A DNA stretch of 64,000 nt from Octopus vulgaris (taxonomy: Eukaryota), in NCBI GenBank assembly GCA_951406725.2, contig OX597823.1, positions 104,160,001 through 104,224,000 of the forward strand, given 5' to 3'. Positions 29,043 through 42,460 of this stretch are shown here, one piece after another (the first letter of the stretch is position 1; each line of letters opens with the position of its first letter). The notes under the pieces were generated by a model. That model ran no database searches. It was not told where the DNA came from and saw only the letters and a list, made by a program, of their open reading frames with translations. A program made the translations under genes and the position numbers.

Positions 29043-29136
29043 CTGGTTTAGACGGTAGCAGCAGCAACAGTAACACCAACAGTAATACACCGAGGGACAC
29101 CATCAAAGGTGGTGATGTTGTGAGTATCAACCGCAT
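29043..29136 (-). CDS. Probable first coding exon (signal peptide) of an unidentified secreted or membrane protein
   Basis: aaagATG start; MRLILTTSPPLMVSLGVLLLVLLLLLLPSKP with mixed Leu codons; ends at consensus donor CAG|GTAAGT in phase 1. Confidence 0.62.
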
Positions 29137-29287
29137 CTTTGCGTCAGTGGGAGAGAGAAGCGGAGAGGGAGAGAGATTGAGAGAAAGTGAAAGTATGTTG
29201 GTGTGTTTGTATGGATGGATGGAATTGGAGGAAGGTACGGAAGCAAGTGACAGGCACGTACACACACATACGCATATATATATGTAC

Positions 29288-29330
<43 letters not shown>

Positions 29331-29500
29331 AAGACTCACACACACACACACACACAAGTACAGAGAAAAGCAAATATGTATATAGAGAGATAGAGAGATT
29401 GATTGATTGATTGATAAAAAATATATTAGATGGATTGACTGATGGATGGAGGGATAGATAGACGGACAGACAGACAGGCAGATCGATCTATCGATCGATC

Positions 29501-29578
<78 letters not shown>

Positions 29579-30309
29579 GCTGTGTGTGTGTGTGTGAATG
29601 TGTGTGGTTTTGAGGGAAGAAAGGATACTTTGTCTCAGTATATGACTACATTGCTTCCAGTTCGAACGTCTCCGATAATCCAGTGTAATCCAATAGTTCC
29701 AGTGTTACGGCTTCCTTCCAGATTAGCAGCAGTCCAAGCAAAAATCAACGTTGTTCTCTGTCTATCTGCATATCACTCTCTCATTTTCTCCCTCTCCCAC
29801 TTTCAAACCTCCTTCTCTCTCTCTCTCTCCCTTACTCTCTATCTCCTATCTATCTATCTATTTATATATGTGTATACGTATATATATATATGTCGGTACG
29901 TATAAATGTATGCATGTATGTATATATATACGTATGTCGTTACTCTCCAGGTTAATCTCGGCAAATAGGATTAACCATGATGGTGACAAGAAAAGTTCCC
30001 CCACCGCTCATTGAATACATTCGCCGTCACTCGAAACACTCACCCGCTGATGACGCCCGACTTGGTGGCGATGGCGGTGAAATTGGTGGCTCTAATGGCT
30101 GTAGAGCTGTGCTGGTGCTTGTTATTGTTGTGGTCGACGTCCTGATGTTGAGAGATCGTCTTCACAAACGCATGCTTACACACGCTCCATCACATACAGA
30201 AAAGATAACGCTCAGCGCCACACATAGACACACACAACATACACAGTAGTTTCACTACTTTTACCTTACTCGCTGACAGAGTCGTCTGCTAGCGTTTACT
30301 TCTCGTACT

Positions 30310-30885
30310 CTCTCTTCTTTTCAGTCTTTCCTTTGTTTATTTTCTCTCTCTTTCCCCTCTATTTCTCTCTCTCTTCTCTCTCCCTCTTCTATCTCTATTC
30401 TTTCTTTCTTCTCTCTCTCTCATCTCTCTCTCTCCCTCTTCTATCTCTCTACTTTCTTTCTTCTCTCTCTTCTCTCTCTCTCTCTCTCTTCTATCTCTTT
30501 TCTTTCTTTCTTCTCTCTTTTCTCTCTCTTCTATCTCTCTCTCTTCTAACTTTCTTCTTTCTTTCTTTCTTCTCTCTTTTTTCTCTCTTCTCTCTCTCTC
30601 TCTTCTATCACTCTTCTTTTTTTCTCTCTTTTTCTCCCTTCTCTCTCTCTCTCTTCCTTCTTTCTTCTCTCTCTTTCTCTCTTTTCTATCTCTCTTCTTT
30701 CTTTCTTCTCTCTTTTCCCTCTCTTATCTCTCCCTCTTCTATCTCTCTTCTTTCCTTCTCTCTTTTCTCTCTCTTCTCTCTCTCTTCTTTCTTTCCTCTC
30801 TCTTTTCTCTCTCTTCTCTTGCTGTCACTTTCTTTCTTTCTTTCTGTCTTTCCCTCTCTCTCTCTCTCTCTTTCTCTCCCTGTCT
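30310..30885. repeat. Degenerate (CT)n polypyrimidine tract
   Basis: Directly visible. Confidence 0.95.
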
Positions 30886-31020
30886 TTGTATGTAGATAGA
30901 TATATCAAGGTGGTGCTCCAGCATGACCACAGTCAAATGACTGAAACTAGTAAAAGGAAAAGGAAAAGGATAAAAGGATATGCACACGCGCATGTTAGTG
31001 TGTATATGCACGTGCACACA

Positions 31021-31114
<94 letters not shown>

Positions 31115-31124
31115 CATACATCAT

Positions 31125-31188
<64 letters not shown>

Positions 31189-32338
31189 CATACATACATA
31201 CTTACATACATCATGCGTACATTCATACATACATATATACGTACAGATATGTACATATAGAGAGATCTGTATGGACACGTGTGTGTGTGTACACGCATGT
31301 GTATATACGTATATGTGTGAGTGTATATGTGATTGTATATTCGCGCGCACATACAAACATGCACACACGTACACACACACACACATAAATATAGTAAAAT
31401 GTAAGCTACTGTATGCAATGTGGTAAGCCGAAAGTAACTGTGGTCGATTTAAAATTAAAACTGTATTGAGCAGAAAAGTGATTACTGTTAAATTAATGAA
31501 ATATAATTACTCTCAAAGTCTGCAAGAGAGAGAAATTTTGAATTTTCAGTTGACTGAAATTTAACTAGTCAAATCTTTGGTAGCCATGGTGACAGCCCCG
31601 GATGTGTTTCCCTCTTCTTCAGCCTCCTCAAGTATAGTAAAACCAAGGTAAATCCATTTCCAATGATTTTCCCGCTGATAGTATCTGTTGGTTGCAACTC
31701 TTGATAGAAATGTCAAAACTCATTTTCTTCCCTCCTCCAGTGTTATTTGAACTCAGAACGCATAGAGTCGCAATACATACTACAATGCATTCCATCTAGC
31801 TCTCCAACAACTCTGGTATTCCAATGCTCTCTGCTGGCATTTTATTTTATCGGCCCCGAATAGATAAATGACAAAGTTGCCCTCGGTGGGATTTGAACTT
31901 TGAACTCAGAAAAGCAAAGTGTTGGAACAAAAACGGTAAGCCTATAAATGGCATCCTGGATAAATTTTTCATTGTCATTCTATTAAATTGCATAATTAGA
32001 TAATTATTTCCACACAGGGAATCTATATACTCCCAAATAATTCTAGGTCAGGTAGCTTTAAGTTGAACATCTCACTGAAGAGGTCTAAAAAGATTGAAGC
32101 ATATCTGTAATTGTTGCCATGGTTACTGAGAATCAGGTTCATTCCTACTTTGTTCCATAGATTTCGGTTAATTGTTCTCTCCTTTTCTGAGTAATCTTTA
32201 TTTATGCCAATGATTGTTCACCTCGTTACGCTTAAAGTATCAAAAGATTTTTTCACCACATTCGTTATAATGGCCCGCAATTAACTATATGTTTTTCATG
32301 GAAAGAGAATTTTCATGTGTGTGCGTATAAATACATAC

Positions 32339-32402
<64 letters not shown>

Positions 32403-33867
32403 CTAGCTCAGGTGACCCGCTCTACGCGCGGGTAAGAGTGTGGTTGTTACTTTCTGTTTTTTTATCACCACATTCTCCCTCTTTGTTTCTCTCTCCTTTC
32501 TCTCACTTTCCCACTCTCTTACTCTTCCTTTCTCTCGGACCCTCCTTCGCTTTCTCTTACTCTCTATCTTTCTCTATCTATCTCTCTCCCATGTATAAAC
32601 AACAAAAGATCTTGGGTAAGTTGAGAAAGAAATATTTTGAAAGATCAATCATAAATATCAGGCAGTGACAATGGAAAGGTCTGCTTCAAGGCAAACAGCA
32701 AAACACTAACATTTAAAAGGGACAGACGAATTTGCGAGCTGAATAAAAATTTTAAAATATTGGAAACCAAAGTTTGAAGGGATAGAATCTGAAGATAGTA
32801 GAGTCACCATGGCTGGCATTTCTTAACGACGGACAGCAACGTAGTCGCAGTTTAACGGCTGGCGTAAAATTTTGAACTTGATGTAAAAGAAAATTCCTAA
32901 ACACCAAGTTTTGAAGTGATTCTTTCTCACGACAGTAGACTCACCATGGCAAGCATTCAAAACTTCTTCATCATGGACGGCAACACATCGAAGATTTAAA
33001 GGCTGGCGCAATTTTTTAGCTTGATGTAACAGAGTATTCCTAAACACCCGCTCCTGGAAATTTTAATCCCCTTCCAGCCCCATTTAGACCCCTTTTCACA
33101 TTTTGGTTAATATAACCCGATTTCATTCGGGTCTACTCGGGCCACATTTTATAAGATGAGGAATTTTGCCTTTCATTTGAGGAAAAAAATAGTTGCCATG
33201 CCAAGTTGCCAGCACTTTTAACATAGGTGTGCATATTTTCAGCTCAACCGACCACATAATGCACACATTATATATATATATATATATATATATATACGCA
33301 TTAAATATATATATGTACATATATACGCATTATATATACAAATTATATATATATATATATATATATATACAGATATATATTCTTTGTATATATACATTAT
33401 ATATGCATATTTATATATAGAACACACACACACACATATATAAATTAACCCATTAAATATCTGATTCATAATATTTGTTCTCATGATTGTGTGGTGCAGG
33501 TGGCGATAATAAATCTCTGTGTGAATGCAGACAGACGTAGAGAGGGAGGGAGAGAGGATGTGGAAGATAGAGTGAAGACGGCGGGGGAAAGATAGTAAAC
33601 ACTGTCAAACGACATTATAGAGAGAAATCGAAAGGAAGAGAGGAAAGAGAGAGAGACGGAGGAAGACAGACACATAAAAGAATGAGAGAAGACTTGTCAA
33701 AGTGTGCGTTTTTTGCCCTAGTAACCTAGCTCACTAACATCCTCACCTCATTTTACATGTCTCTGTAAATTTTGGAGTCAATCCGACGGGATCTAGTGGC
33801 CTTTAACCCGTTTCAATCCCAAAACCAGACAAACAAACTTTTCGCAATTCAGATTTACAGATATTGA

Positions 33868-33870
<3 letters not shown>
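32403..33870 (-). mobile_element. Non-autonomous Helitron-like element, copy 1
   Basis: Minus-strand 3' end CCCGCGCGTAGAGCGGG hairpin then CTAG|T; putative A|TC 5' end at 33870; shares long blocks with 48508-50733. Confidence 0.75.
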
Positions 33871-33939
<69 letters not shown>

Positions 33940-33944
<5 letters not shown>

Positions 33945-35060
33945 ACCCATAAATAATGCAGTTTTTTCATTTGCATGAAATAAAAGGAGGCGGGATAAAC
34001 TACCTGCATCAATTTGCTATAAAAGCAGGTAATAGTTTTACCTTGTCCTTATTTTTAGTGCAAGCTTTGAAGAGTGCAGTTTGACTTTAAGAGTTATTTT
34101 TTCAAAGCTATAATGGAAGTAACAAAGGAGCATATTCGGTATATTTTGCTTTATGAGTTCAATAAAGGCAACGACTCAACGGAAAATGCGAGGAATATTA
34201 ATGCAGTATATGGGGATCGGACAATAAGCATAAGCCAGTGGTTTCAGAAATAACGAGCCGAAAACTACAGCCTAGAAGACGAGCCTCGTCCTCGAAGATC
34301 TCTAGAGCTCGACGAAGATATCCTGCAAACCCTGTTGGAACAAAACCCCCATCGTAACTGCAGAGAAGCTTGGATTTGGTCATTCAACCATTCATTGACA
34401 CCTGTGTGTCAGCAAATTGGGTCAATGGGTTCCTCACAAACTTTCCGAGTCTAATCGCGCGCAAAGAGTGAATGTATGTTTTTCTTTGCTGTCACGTCTC
34501 ATGAATGAACCTTTTTTGGCCTGAACAGTAACTGGTGACGAGAAATGGGTTCTCTATAAAAATCTCAAGTGCCAAAGACTGGGTAGGGAAAGGAGAAACA
34601 CTGGCACCCCAGGCTAAAGAAGGTCATCACCCATGTAAGGTATTGCTATCTGTTTGATGAGATATGAAAGGTTCAGTCCACTTTGAACTTTTGACTCCAA
34701 ACCAAACGATAACAAAGGAGATCTACTGCAAGCAGCTTGGACGGCTTAAGTCAGTGCTAGAAGGAATAATGCTCGTCCACATACAGCGAGGATGACGTTC
34801 CAAAGGGTAGAGTAGTTTGAATGGGAAGCGATGCCCCACCCACCATATTCGCCGGATATTGCTTCATCTGATTATCATTTGTTCTGAAGCCTTCAAAATC
34901 ATTTAGACAGAAAAAATATAAATTCAGTAGATGAGGTCAGAAGAGTGTTTTTCATCACTGACAAGTGACTTTTGGGAGTCTACCAAATAGATGGAAGAGC
35001 ATTGTAGAAAATGGAGAGTATATTTTAGATTAAAAAAGAACTTTGTTTATCATAATTTTT
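33940..35060 (+). pseudogene. Near full-length decayed mariner element (coding remnant 34113-35033)
   Basis: MEVTKEHIRYILLYEFNKG..LEDEPR..WVPHKL..VTGDEKWVLY..PHPPYSPDIASSDYHLF..ENGEYILD*, many stops and frameshifts. Confidence 0.92.
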
Positions 35061-35434
35061 ATTTTTCAAAATTAAGATAAGCAAAATTATTTTTAATCTA
35101 AAATATATTCGTTAGTTTCAAAGAAGAACCCGTGGATGTTGTAGCATGGAAATCTAGATTCAGTTACGGAGACAGCAACTGAGTATCGCCTGAAGAGATA
35201 CATATAGATCTTCTTATACAGGTAAATCGTTGCATAATTCAATTTAAACTTAACTTTAAATGTTGTATATACGAGGATCTGTATGTATCGAAACATTTGT
35301 AGCGATTAAAAAGCTGCCTAACCATCTTTTGACTCTTTTACTTTTTACTTTATGTATGTATGTATGTATTAATCCATAAAATACCAACTGATTTTCACGT
35401 TTTATAATTCACAATTTTTACAATTTTACAATAT

Positions 35435-35822
35435 TATTTTCTACTCTAGGCACAAGGCCCGAAATTTTGGGGAAGGGGGCCACTCGATTAGGTCGACCCC
35501 AGTACGCAACTGGTACTTAATTTATCGACCCGAAAGGATGAAAGGCAAAGCCGACCTCGGCAGAATTTGAGCTCAGAACGTAATGACAAATGAAATATCT
35601 ATTTCTTTACTACCCACAAGGGACTAAACACAGAGGGAACAAACAAGGACAGAGAAACGGATTACTCGACCCCAGTGCGCAACTTGTACTTATTTAATCG
35701 ATCCCGAAAGGATGAAAGGCAAAGTCGACCTCGGCGGAATTTGAACTCAGAACGTAACGGCAGACGAAATACCGCTAAGCATTTCCTCCGGCGTGCTAAC
35801 GTTTCTGTCAGCTCACCGCCTT
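35435..35822 (-). mobile_element. SINE family A: full copy joined to a second, headless unit
   Basis: Two consecutive tcgaccc..gaaaggatgaaaggcaaag..gaatttga..ctcagaacgtaa blocks. Confidence 0.88.
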
Positions 35823-35859
35823 AGCAATTATATTGAAATAAACTAGTACCTTAATGCAT

Positions 35860-36170
35860 TATGCAATCATTAGGTTTATGTAGTGAGAGTCGTGTTCCAC
35901 AATTGCCAACTGTAGTGAAATGGTTAGATCTGTTCTTTAAGTACCCTCTGGTAGGCTCCAGCTGGCTGAATCTTTCCAGCTGTATTTTGGCCAATCAGTA
36001 TGTGACTTAGATGCCATGGATTAGTGAATGCGCCAATTTGGTCAGCATTTATCCCGCTTTTTCAAACGAGATATTTTATTCAATTGGTTTGGGGCTTGGA
36101 CATCACGGTTTGGTGAGCACGTCAAAGATTCTTTACTCTGAACGCACTTAAAGGAATTCTTGTTTGGCTA
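35860..36170 (-). pseudogene. Possible highly decayed Gypsy-type integrase fragment
   Basis: Scattered minus-strand matches (AFRV-IFDVL..P, GINAD) to the integrase N-terminal region; weak. Confidence 0.3.
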
Positions 36171-36399
36171 TATTTTGGAATACTGTAAACAACATTCCTG
36201 TTTTAATTGAATTCTATTATCATTTTTCAGAAAATCAATGTTGATATGGTTAACATTCCTACCATTCTTACCATCGCCTTTATTATTGTTGTTGTTAGTG
36301 GTGGTGGTGGTGGTGGTGGTGGTGGTGGTGATGGTGGTGGTGATGGTGGTGGTATGGTAATAGCAGTAGTATTTATCATTATTATTATTATTATCATCG

Positions 36400-36628
36400 T
36401 TTCTTTACTGCCCACAAGGAGCTAAACATAGAGAGGACAAACAAGGACAGACAAACGGATTAAGTCGATTATATCGACCCCAGTGTGTAACCGGTACTTA
36501 ATTTATCGACCCCGAAAGGATGAAAAGCAAAGTCAACCTCGGCGGAATTTGAACTCAGAACGTAACGGCAGACGAAATACGGCCACGCATTTCGCCCGGC
36601 GTGTTAACGGTTCTGCCAGCTCGCCACC
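36400..36628 (-). mobile_element. SINE family A full-length copy
   Basis: Reverse complement of 47551-47782. Confidence 0.9.
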
Positions 36629-37199
36629 TTTCATCGTTTTAATTATAACCGTTACTATAACTGTTATTATTGTCCATTTAAAACGGGTTTCAACTTAACA
36701 ATGAAATTCTTTTCTTTGACTTTTCTCTCTACTTCACTTGAATTGTGTCGTTGGTAGAATGGGAATATTAAAAGCTTTTTCTGACCACATGTTGCCAGAT
36801 GGTTGCTTAAAGGGATCTAACGGACATCAGGTACGCGTACGTATGTGAGAGCGTGTGTGTGCGTGTGGATGGAGGTTGGTGACCTTGACGTGTGCGTGTG
36901 TGCATGTGTAGGTGTGTGGATGATTGTGTGGATGCTGGGAAGTGATCAGTGCTAGTGTGTGAGGGGTGGTGTGATGTGGTGTGGTGTAGTATTGTAGTAT
37001 GGTGGTGTGTGGTGTAGTGTGTGGTATGTGTCTGGGGGAGGCGAGGGTGGGAGAAGCACGGATGGATTGGGTTGGGGTGAGAGTAGGTAGTGTATTGGGA
37101 GGGGAATGCGTGGGATGGGATGTATAGAGATGGTGGGGTGGGAATGTGTAGGGGTGGGGTAACGATGGAGGGGTGACGATGAAGGGAGAGGGTGGAAGG

Positions 37200-37872
37200 G
37201 AGAAGGTGGTTAGGTGTGAAGAGAGGAAGTATGTGACAGAGCAAGAGAGGAGAGGTGGGTGGGTGGGAGTGAAGGGAGGAAGTAGGTTTGAGTGGAAGAT
37301 GAGAGAGAAGGAAGGTCAAGGTAGTGTTGGAGTGTACGAAGCCCCTCGTAGTGAGGGATCACCGTGTATAGGCTCTTGATGTCAAGAGTAAAGAGAAGTT
37401 TAGAGGGGCCAAGAGGGAAACCACTAGGGGGTAAGGACACGGTCAAGATATCTGGAGATGAGTTGGGCGAGGCAGTTGCAGGCGGAGACGATGGAGCGGC
37501 CAGGGTTGTTAGGTTTGTGGATTTGGGGGAGGAAGTAAATTGTGGGGGTGCGAGGGACGCGAACAATGAGGTTAAAGGCGGTGGGGGAGACGGGAGGAGA
37601 AGATAAGGTCATGCATAGTGGAAGAAACCGTTTGTTGGTAGCTGGGTGTGGGGTTGGAGGACAGAAGACAGTAGAAGGAGGTGTCTTGAAGCTGGCGGAG
37701 AGCTTCAGCCTTTTAGAGGTCCGCGCGCTACAGCAACACGGCTCCACCCTTGTCGGTCGGTTTTATGATGATACCTTTGCGGCGTCGGAGACATCGAAGA
37801 GCCGAGAGTTCGGCTGGGGAGATGTTCAGATGTCGGGGACGCCTGGAAAAGTCAAACCGGTCCACAGCGCGA
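37200..37872 (-). pseudogene. Penelope-like element RT fragment
   Basis: NISPAELSALRCLRRRKGIIIKPTDKGGAV..PRTPTIYFLPQIHKPNNPGRSIVS..LFTLDIKSLYTVIPHYEGL; paralogous to 55700-56200. Confidence 0.9.
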
Positions 37873-38182
37873 ATATATAGTACGTGTGTTTATATGGCAA
37901 AAAAAAAAATGACCGTCCCGAAATGTATATTCTTTTCTTTTAGCTGCTGCAGTCATTTGACTGCCGCCAAGCTGTTGTGAATATAATATAGATAATTTAC
38001 TGTTCCGTTATTGGTGGAACTAACTAAAGAGTAACCCATCTGGTGGGAGATAAATATCATTTAATATACACGAGATTTAAATTCGACCTAGTTTTAGTTT
38101 GGCGATGAGGAAACACAATAAACTGTCAAGATAGTGTAGCATGCCTTGCGTTTCTAAGCAATCTTTCAGACTCAATTATACA

Positions 38183-38595
38183 ACATACATACATACATAC
38201 ATACATACATACATACATACATACATACATACATGCATGCATGCATGCATGCATGCATGCATACATACATACATACATACATACATACATACATACATAC
38301 ATACATACATACATACAAGCATGCATACATACATACATACATACATACATACATACATACATACATACATACATACATACATGCATGCATGCATACATAC
38401 ATACGTGCATACATACAAGCATGCATACATACATACATACATACATACATACACACATACATACATGCATGCATACATACATGCATACATACATACATAC
38501 ATACATACATACATACATACATACATACATACATACATACATACATACATACATACATACATACATACATGCATGCATACATACATACATACGTA
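38183..38595. repeat. (CATA)n/(CATG)n microsatellite
   Basis: Directly visible. Confidence 0.97.
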
Positions 38596-39037
38596 TAAGA
38601 TTCTAATAATCACCGATTATATATATGTACATATATGTGTGTGTGTATACATGTTTATACACACACATCCGCGCATACATACACACATACACCCACATAT
38701 ATACATATGCACCTCCCTCATATATATATATATTGTAACCTGTGTATGTGTGTGCATGCCTACGTGTATGAATGAGGCTACTCGTACGCTTGCAGCCCAG
38801 CATTTGTAATCGTGAATAGTCATGTATATATGTGTACACACCCAACAGCATACTTATGTAGGCAGGTGTGCATATGTGTCTAATTAAAACTTGATTCACC
38901 TGTAAAATACATAGATCATGTCTGATTGTCTCTCTTAGCCACGCTTTCAGAGATACTCTTTCACTATCTCACCTTATATTTGCGCCTTTCCTTTAACTCT
39001 CTCTCTCTCTCTGACACTCACTCACTCGAGCTGTTTT

Positions 39038-39079
<42 letters not shown>

Positions 39080-39611
39080 TGCCCCTCTCTGTCTCTCTCA
39101 CCCTCCATCACTCTCGCTCTTTCTTTCTTTCCCTTTCCTACCTTCTCCTCTCTCTTCTCTCTACCTCCCTTTCCATCTCCCCTACCTCCTTCTCTCTCTC
39201 TCTCATACTGTCTCTCCTTTTCTTTGTCTTCCTATCTCTCCCCTTCCCTCCTTCATCCTCCTTTTCCCCGCTTTTCGTCCCTTTACCATTCTCTTCCTAC
39301 CTCTCGTCCTCTTTCTCCCGCTCCCTTCCTTTTCCTCTCCACTTCCCTCCCACTCACTCACTTCTCTCACTTTATCTTTTCCTCTCTCTCTTTCTCTCTC
39401 TCTCTCCCCTTCACATTATTAGTTCCTTATTTCCCTCACCCTTCTCCTTGTCCTCCATTTCTCTACTTTTTTCGTTCTCCCCTTTCACTCAGTCTTCAGT
39501 TGACTTTCCCCTCTCTCTGTTCCTCCCTTCTTCTACCCCTTTTCTCCTTTGTGGCTGAGAAGTTTAGACATTGCAGACCAAAAGACGGAAAAAAGGGAAG
39601 TGGGGAAAAAA

Positions 39612-40173
39612 ATGAATTTTGCAACTGCGGCTGCTGAAACAAGAGACGAGATTTCTTTTAAGAAGGTGGAGTTGAACAAATACAGGAAAATCCTGCGAAG
39701 GGTGGAGCACTACGTAAAAGTGACAACTCCAAGTGTAATTACAAAGGACACACAAAAAAAGACATTAATATATAGAACATATAGTCTGGATGCAAAGAGA
39801 ACGGAGATAGTGGGAAAACTACAAGTCGAGAAGGCTTTGAGGCCGATCTGGCAGGATTTCACCTACCTTGCCAGAGGGAGGACATACGCAACTGTGGAGG
39901 TGCGATTTGCATCTGAGGAGATGCAAATCGCACCTCCACAGCCTCTTTGAAAACAAACGAGGTAATACTTCTTCCTACTTACCTTGGAAGACGTGTTTCC
40001 AGGGTAAGAGTGGGAGAGATTGCCCTGGAGGTAGATGTCGCCTGGCTGGTGGCTGCAATATTGTTGGTTGTAGAAGAGAAGATAGTGCTCCTCCAAGTAA
40101 TGAGAACACCACCGAAGAATTGACAATGGCAGACCCTGGAGATAATCATTCAAGCTGCCTCGGAGAACCTTGA
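39612..40173 (+). pseudogene. Probable L1/Tx1-type ORF1 5' fragment (frameshifted)
   Basis: MNFATAAA..RGRTYATVEVRFASEE/..LLPTYLGRRVSRVRVGEIALEVDVAWLVAAI resembles RRM-type ORF1 of Tx1-like LINEs. Confidence 0.5.
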
Positions 40174-41839
40174 AAGAAATGTCATTATCTCACAAATGGA
40201 AATTGATACCAGAGGAATGCAGTCAATGGTAAGCTGCCATAAACTTTTAAAAGAATTTAACATGGACAACATATTAAGTGATTATCAATAATATTAATAC
40301 GCCAATTTGTTTTTTCTGTGTACCTGACACGTGTGTCAAGCTTCAGAGAAAGAAATTGCTGAAATTTTGTTGCATAAATAAAAATCGTTAACTAGATACC
40401 TTGTAATTTATAGGAAGATATTTGAAGCCAGCACCTATGTCTTGTATCACTACTTCTCAACACCGATGCTTACTGGATCACCGAAGCAGCAACGATCCTA
40501 ATGAGAAAATTAAGACACTTAAATTTGACGCATGTGTCGAGCAAGAGGAGAGGAAGTGAGAGAGAAAGAGAGAGTGAGAGGGAGTGGCTGACAGGTATTT
40601 GAATTCCTTTCTATGAGTGAACTGAAATTGACCCATGGCTGTTAAAGGCCCAACCACACACACACACACATGCATGCACATTTCTTTTAGGTCTTCTACC
40701 CATCTGAATTCGGCCATGCACCAGATAACATGTTAAGTTTTATGTTCCGAAATTTAAATTTTGAATTTGTTTTAATTATAAATTTACACCTCATCTGAAA
40801 AACATCTTTTGGCTTTCGAATTCTACCTTTTCTTCCTGTTGCTTTCTCTTTTGTTAAGTTACAATTTCTCTGGTCAGTATTTTTGCAATTTCTTTTTACT
40901 TGTATCAAGTAATAGACGAGAGTATTGAAAAAAAATAAATTCATAGAACCGAACAAAATCAAAAATGTTAATTCTATTTTTCCCCCCTGAGAGAGGTTTT
41001 GCTGTTATTTCTAGCAAACTGAACACCCACACAGAGTTGTTCAATTGGCTCATTTCTTGATGTGTATAAGTAAACAAAAAAACACATACACACACACACA
41101 AGTGTGTGTGTGTGTGTGTGCGATAATAAATGTTGCGTGGTGGAAATAAACGCAACTTTCTCTTTCTATATTTTTGTTAAGTTAGAATTTCTGTTTTGGT
41201 CAGGGTTTTTCCAATTTTGTCTTTCTTGTATTAAGCAAAATTAAATTCATAGAACTGAATAAAATCAAAAATATTCATTGATTCTATTTTTCCCTTTACT
41301 TTTTACATTTGGTAGCAGCCGCGACTCAAAGACATTGATGATGAAAGAAGAATGCCTGAGATATGGTTTATGCAGACAAGCAGTTGTTGACAAAAAGTAC
41401 AACGTAAAGAATAAATAAATAAAGGAAGATAGGAGTATAATGGCTTTTGAATGAGAGCTACTATAAAGTATGCCGAAGCCTTTGGCTGTTTTTTGCTCGG
41501 GTGGTCGGCCACTAAACCCTCTTCCCCACTTGAGTAGCTAATTACTTTTGTGAGGAAGGTGTTTGGACACCCAACAAGACCTCTTGTAGGGCAGACGGGC
41601 TCCCTGTGGATCAACGGTCACTCAATTGGGGAAAATCAATGGCAAACCACTCCAATATCTCTGCCAAGAAAACACTTCGAGAAAGAATGAAGTAAAGCTA
41701 TGTCTTCATCCGATGATGGAGCACACGCTTGATCGGGAAGCCTTTCGTTGTAACGTCTTCAACGCGCTGCAAAAGCGTGGGATACATGACGACAACGAAT
41801 ACAGTAATTGGTGTGACACTGTGTGATACAGAATGGCAT

Positions 41840-42460
41840 TCTTTTCTACTCTAGGCACAAGGTCCGAACTTGGGGGCAGTCGATTACATCGATCCCAATA
41901 CGTAACTGGTACTTAATTTATCGACCCCGAAAGGATGAAAAGCAAAGTCGACTTCGGCGGAATTTGAACTCAGAACGTAAAGCTGAAAGAAATCTCTCCA
42001 AGCATTTCGCCTGGCGTGCTAACGTTTCTGCCCGCTCGCCACCTTAAATGACATTGTGACAAGGATGAGCCTTGAAATTACAGATAATATCTTTCTGACG
42101 GGTCTCTGGTATACGACACTATGGTACAAGTTTATAGTATACGACACTTGCCCAAAATGTCATACTGTGACATCGAACCTATGGCCTCATGGTTGTTCAA
42201 AGTTCATTTAAACTGAACACCAGTACATCACTACTTTTTGTAATTGATATTATCGGTTCCCGGAGCAAAGCGACGAGGTGGCGGAAACGTTAGCACGCCG
42301 GACAACATACTTGGAAGCATTTCTTTCAGCTTTACGTTCTGTGTTCAACTTCCCCGAGATCTATTTTACGATAAATTAGTACTAGTTGATCACTGGGAGT
42401 CAATAAGCGATTAGACTCCCTCCCAACAAATTTCTGGTCATGTACCTATAGTAGAAAGAA
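41840..42460. mobile_element. Head-to-head pair of SINE family A copies (41840-42045 minus; 42277-42460 plus)
   Basis: Both match family A. Confidence 0.8.

Noticed and set aside
31950-32270. Faint RTE-like RT remnants (KSFDTL..) on the minus strand
   Set aside because: Too degraded to support without an alignment
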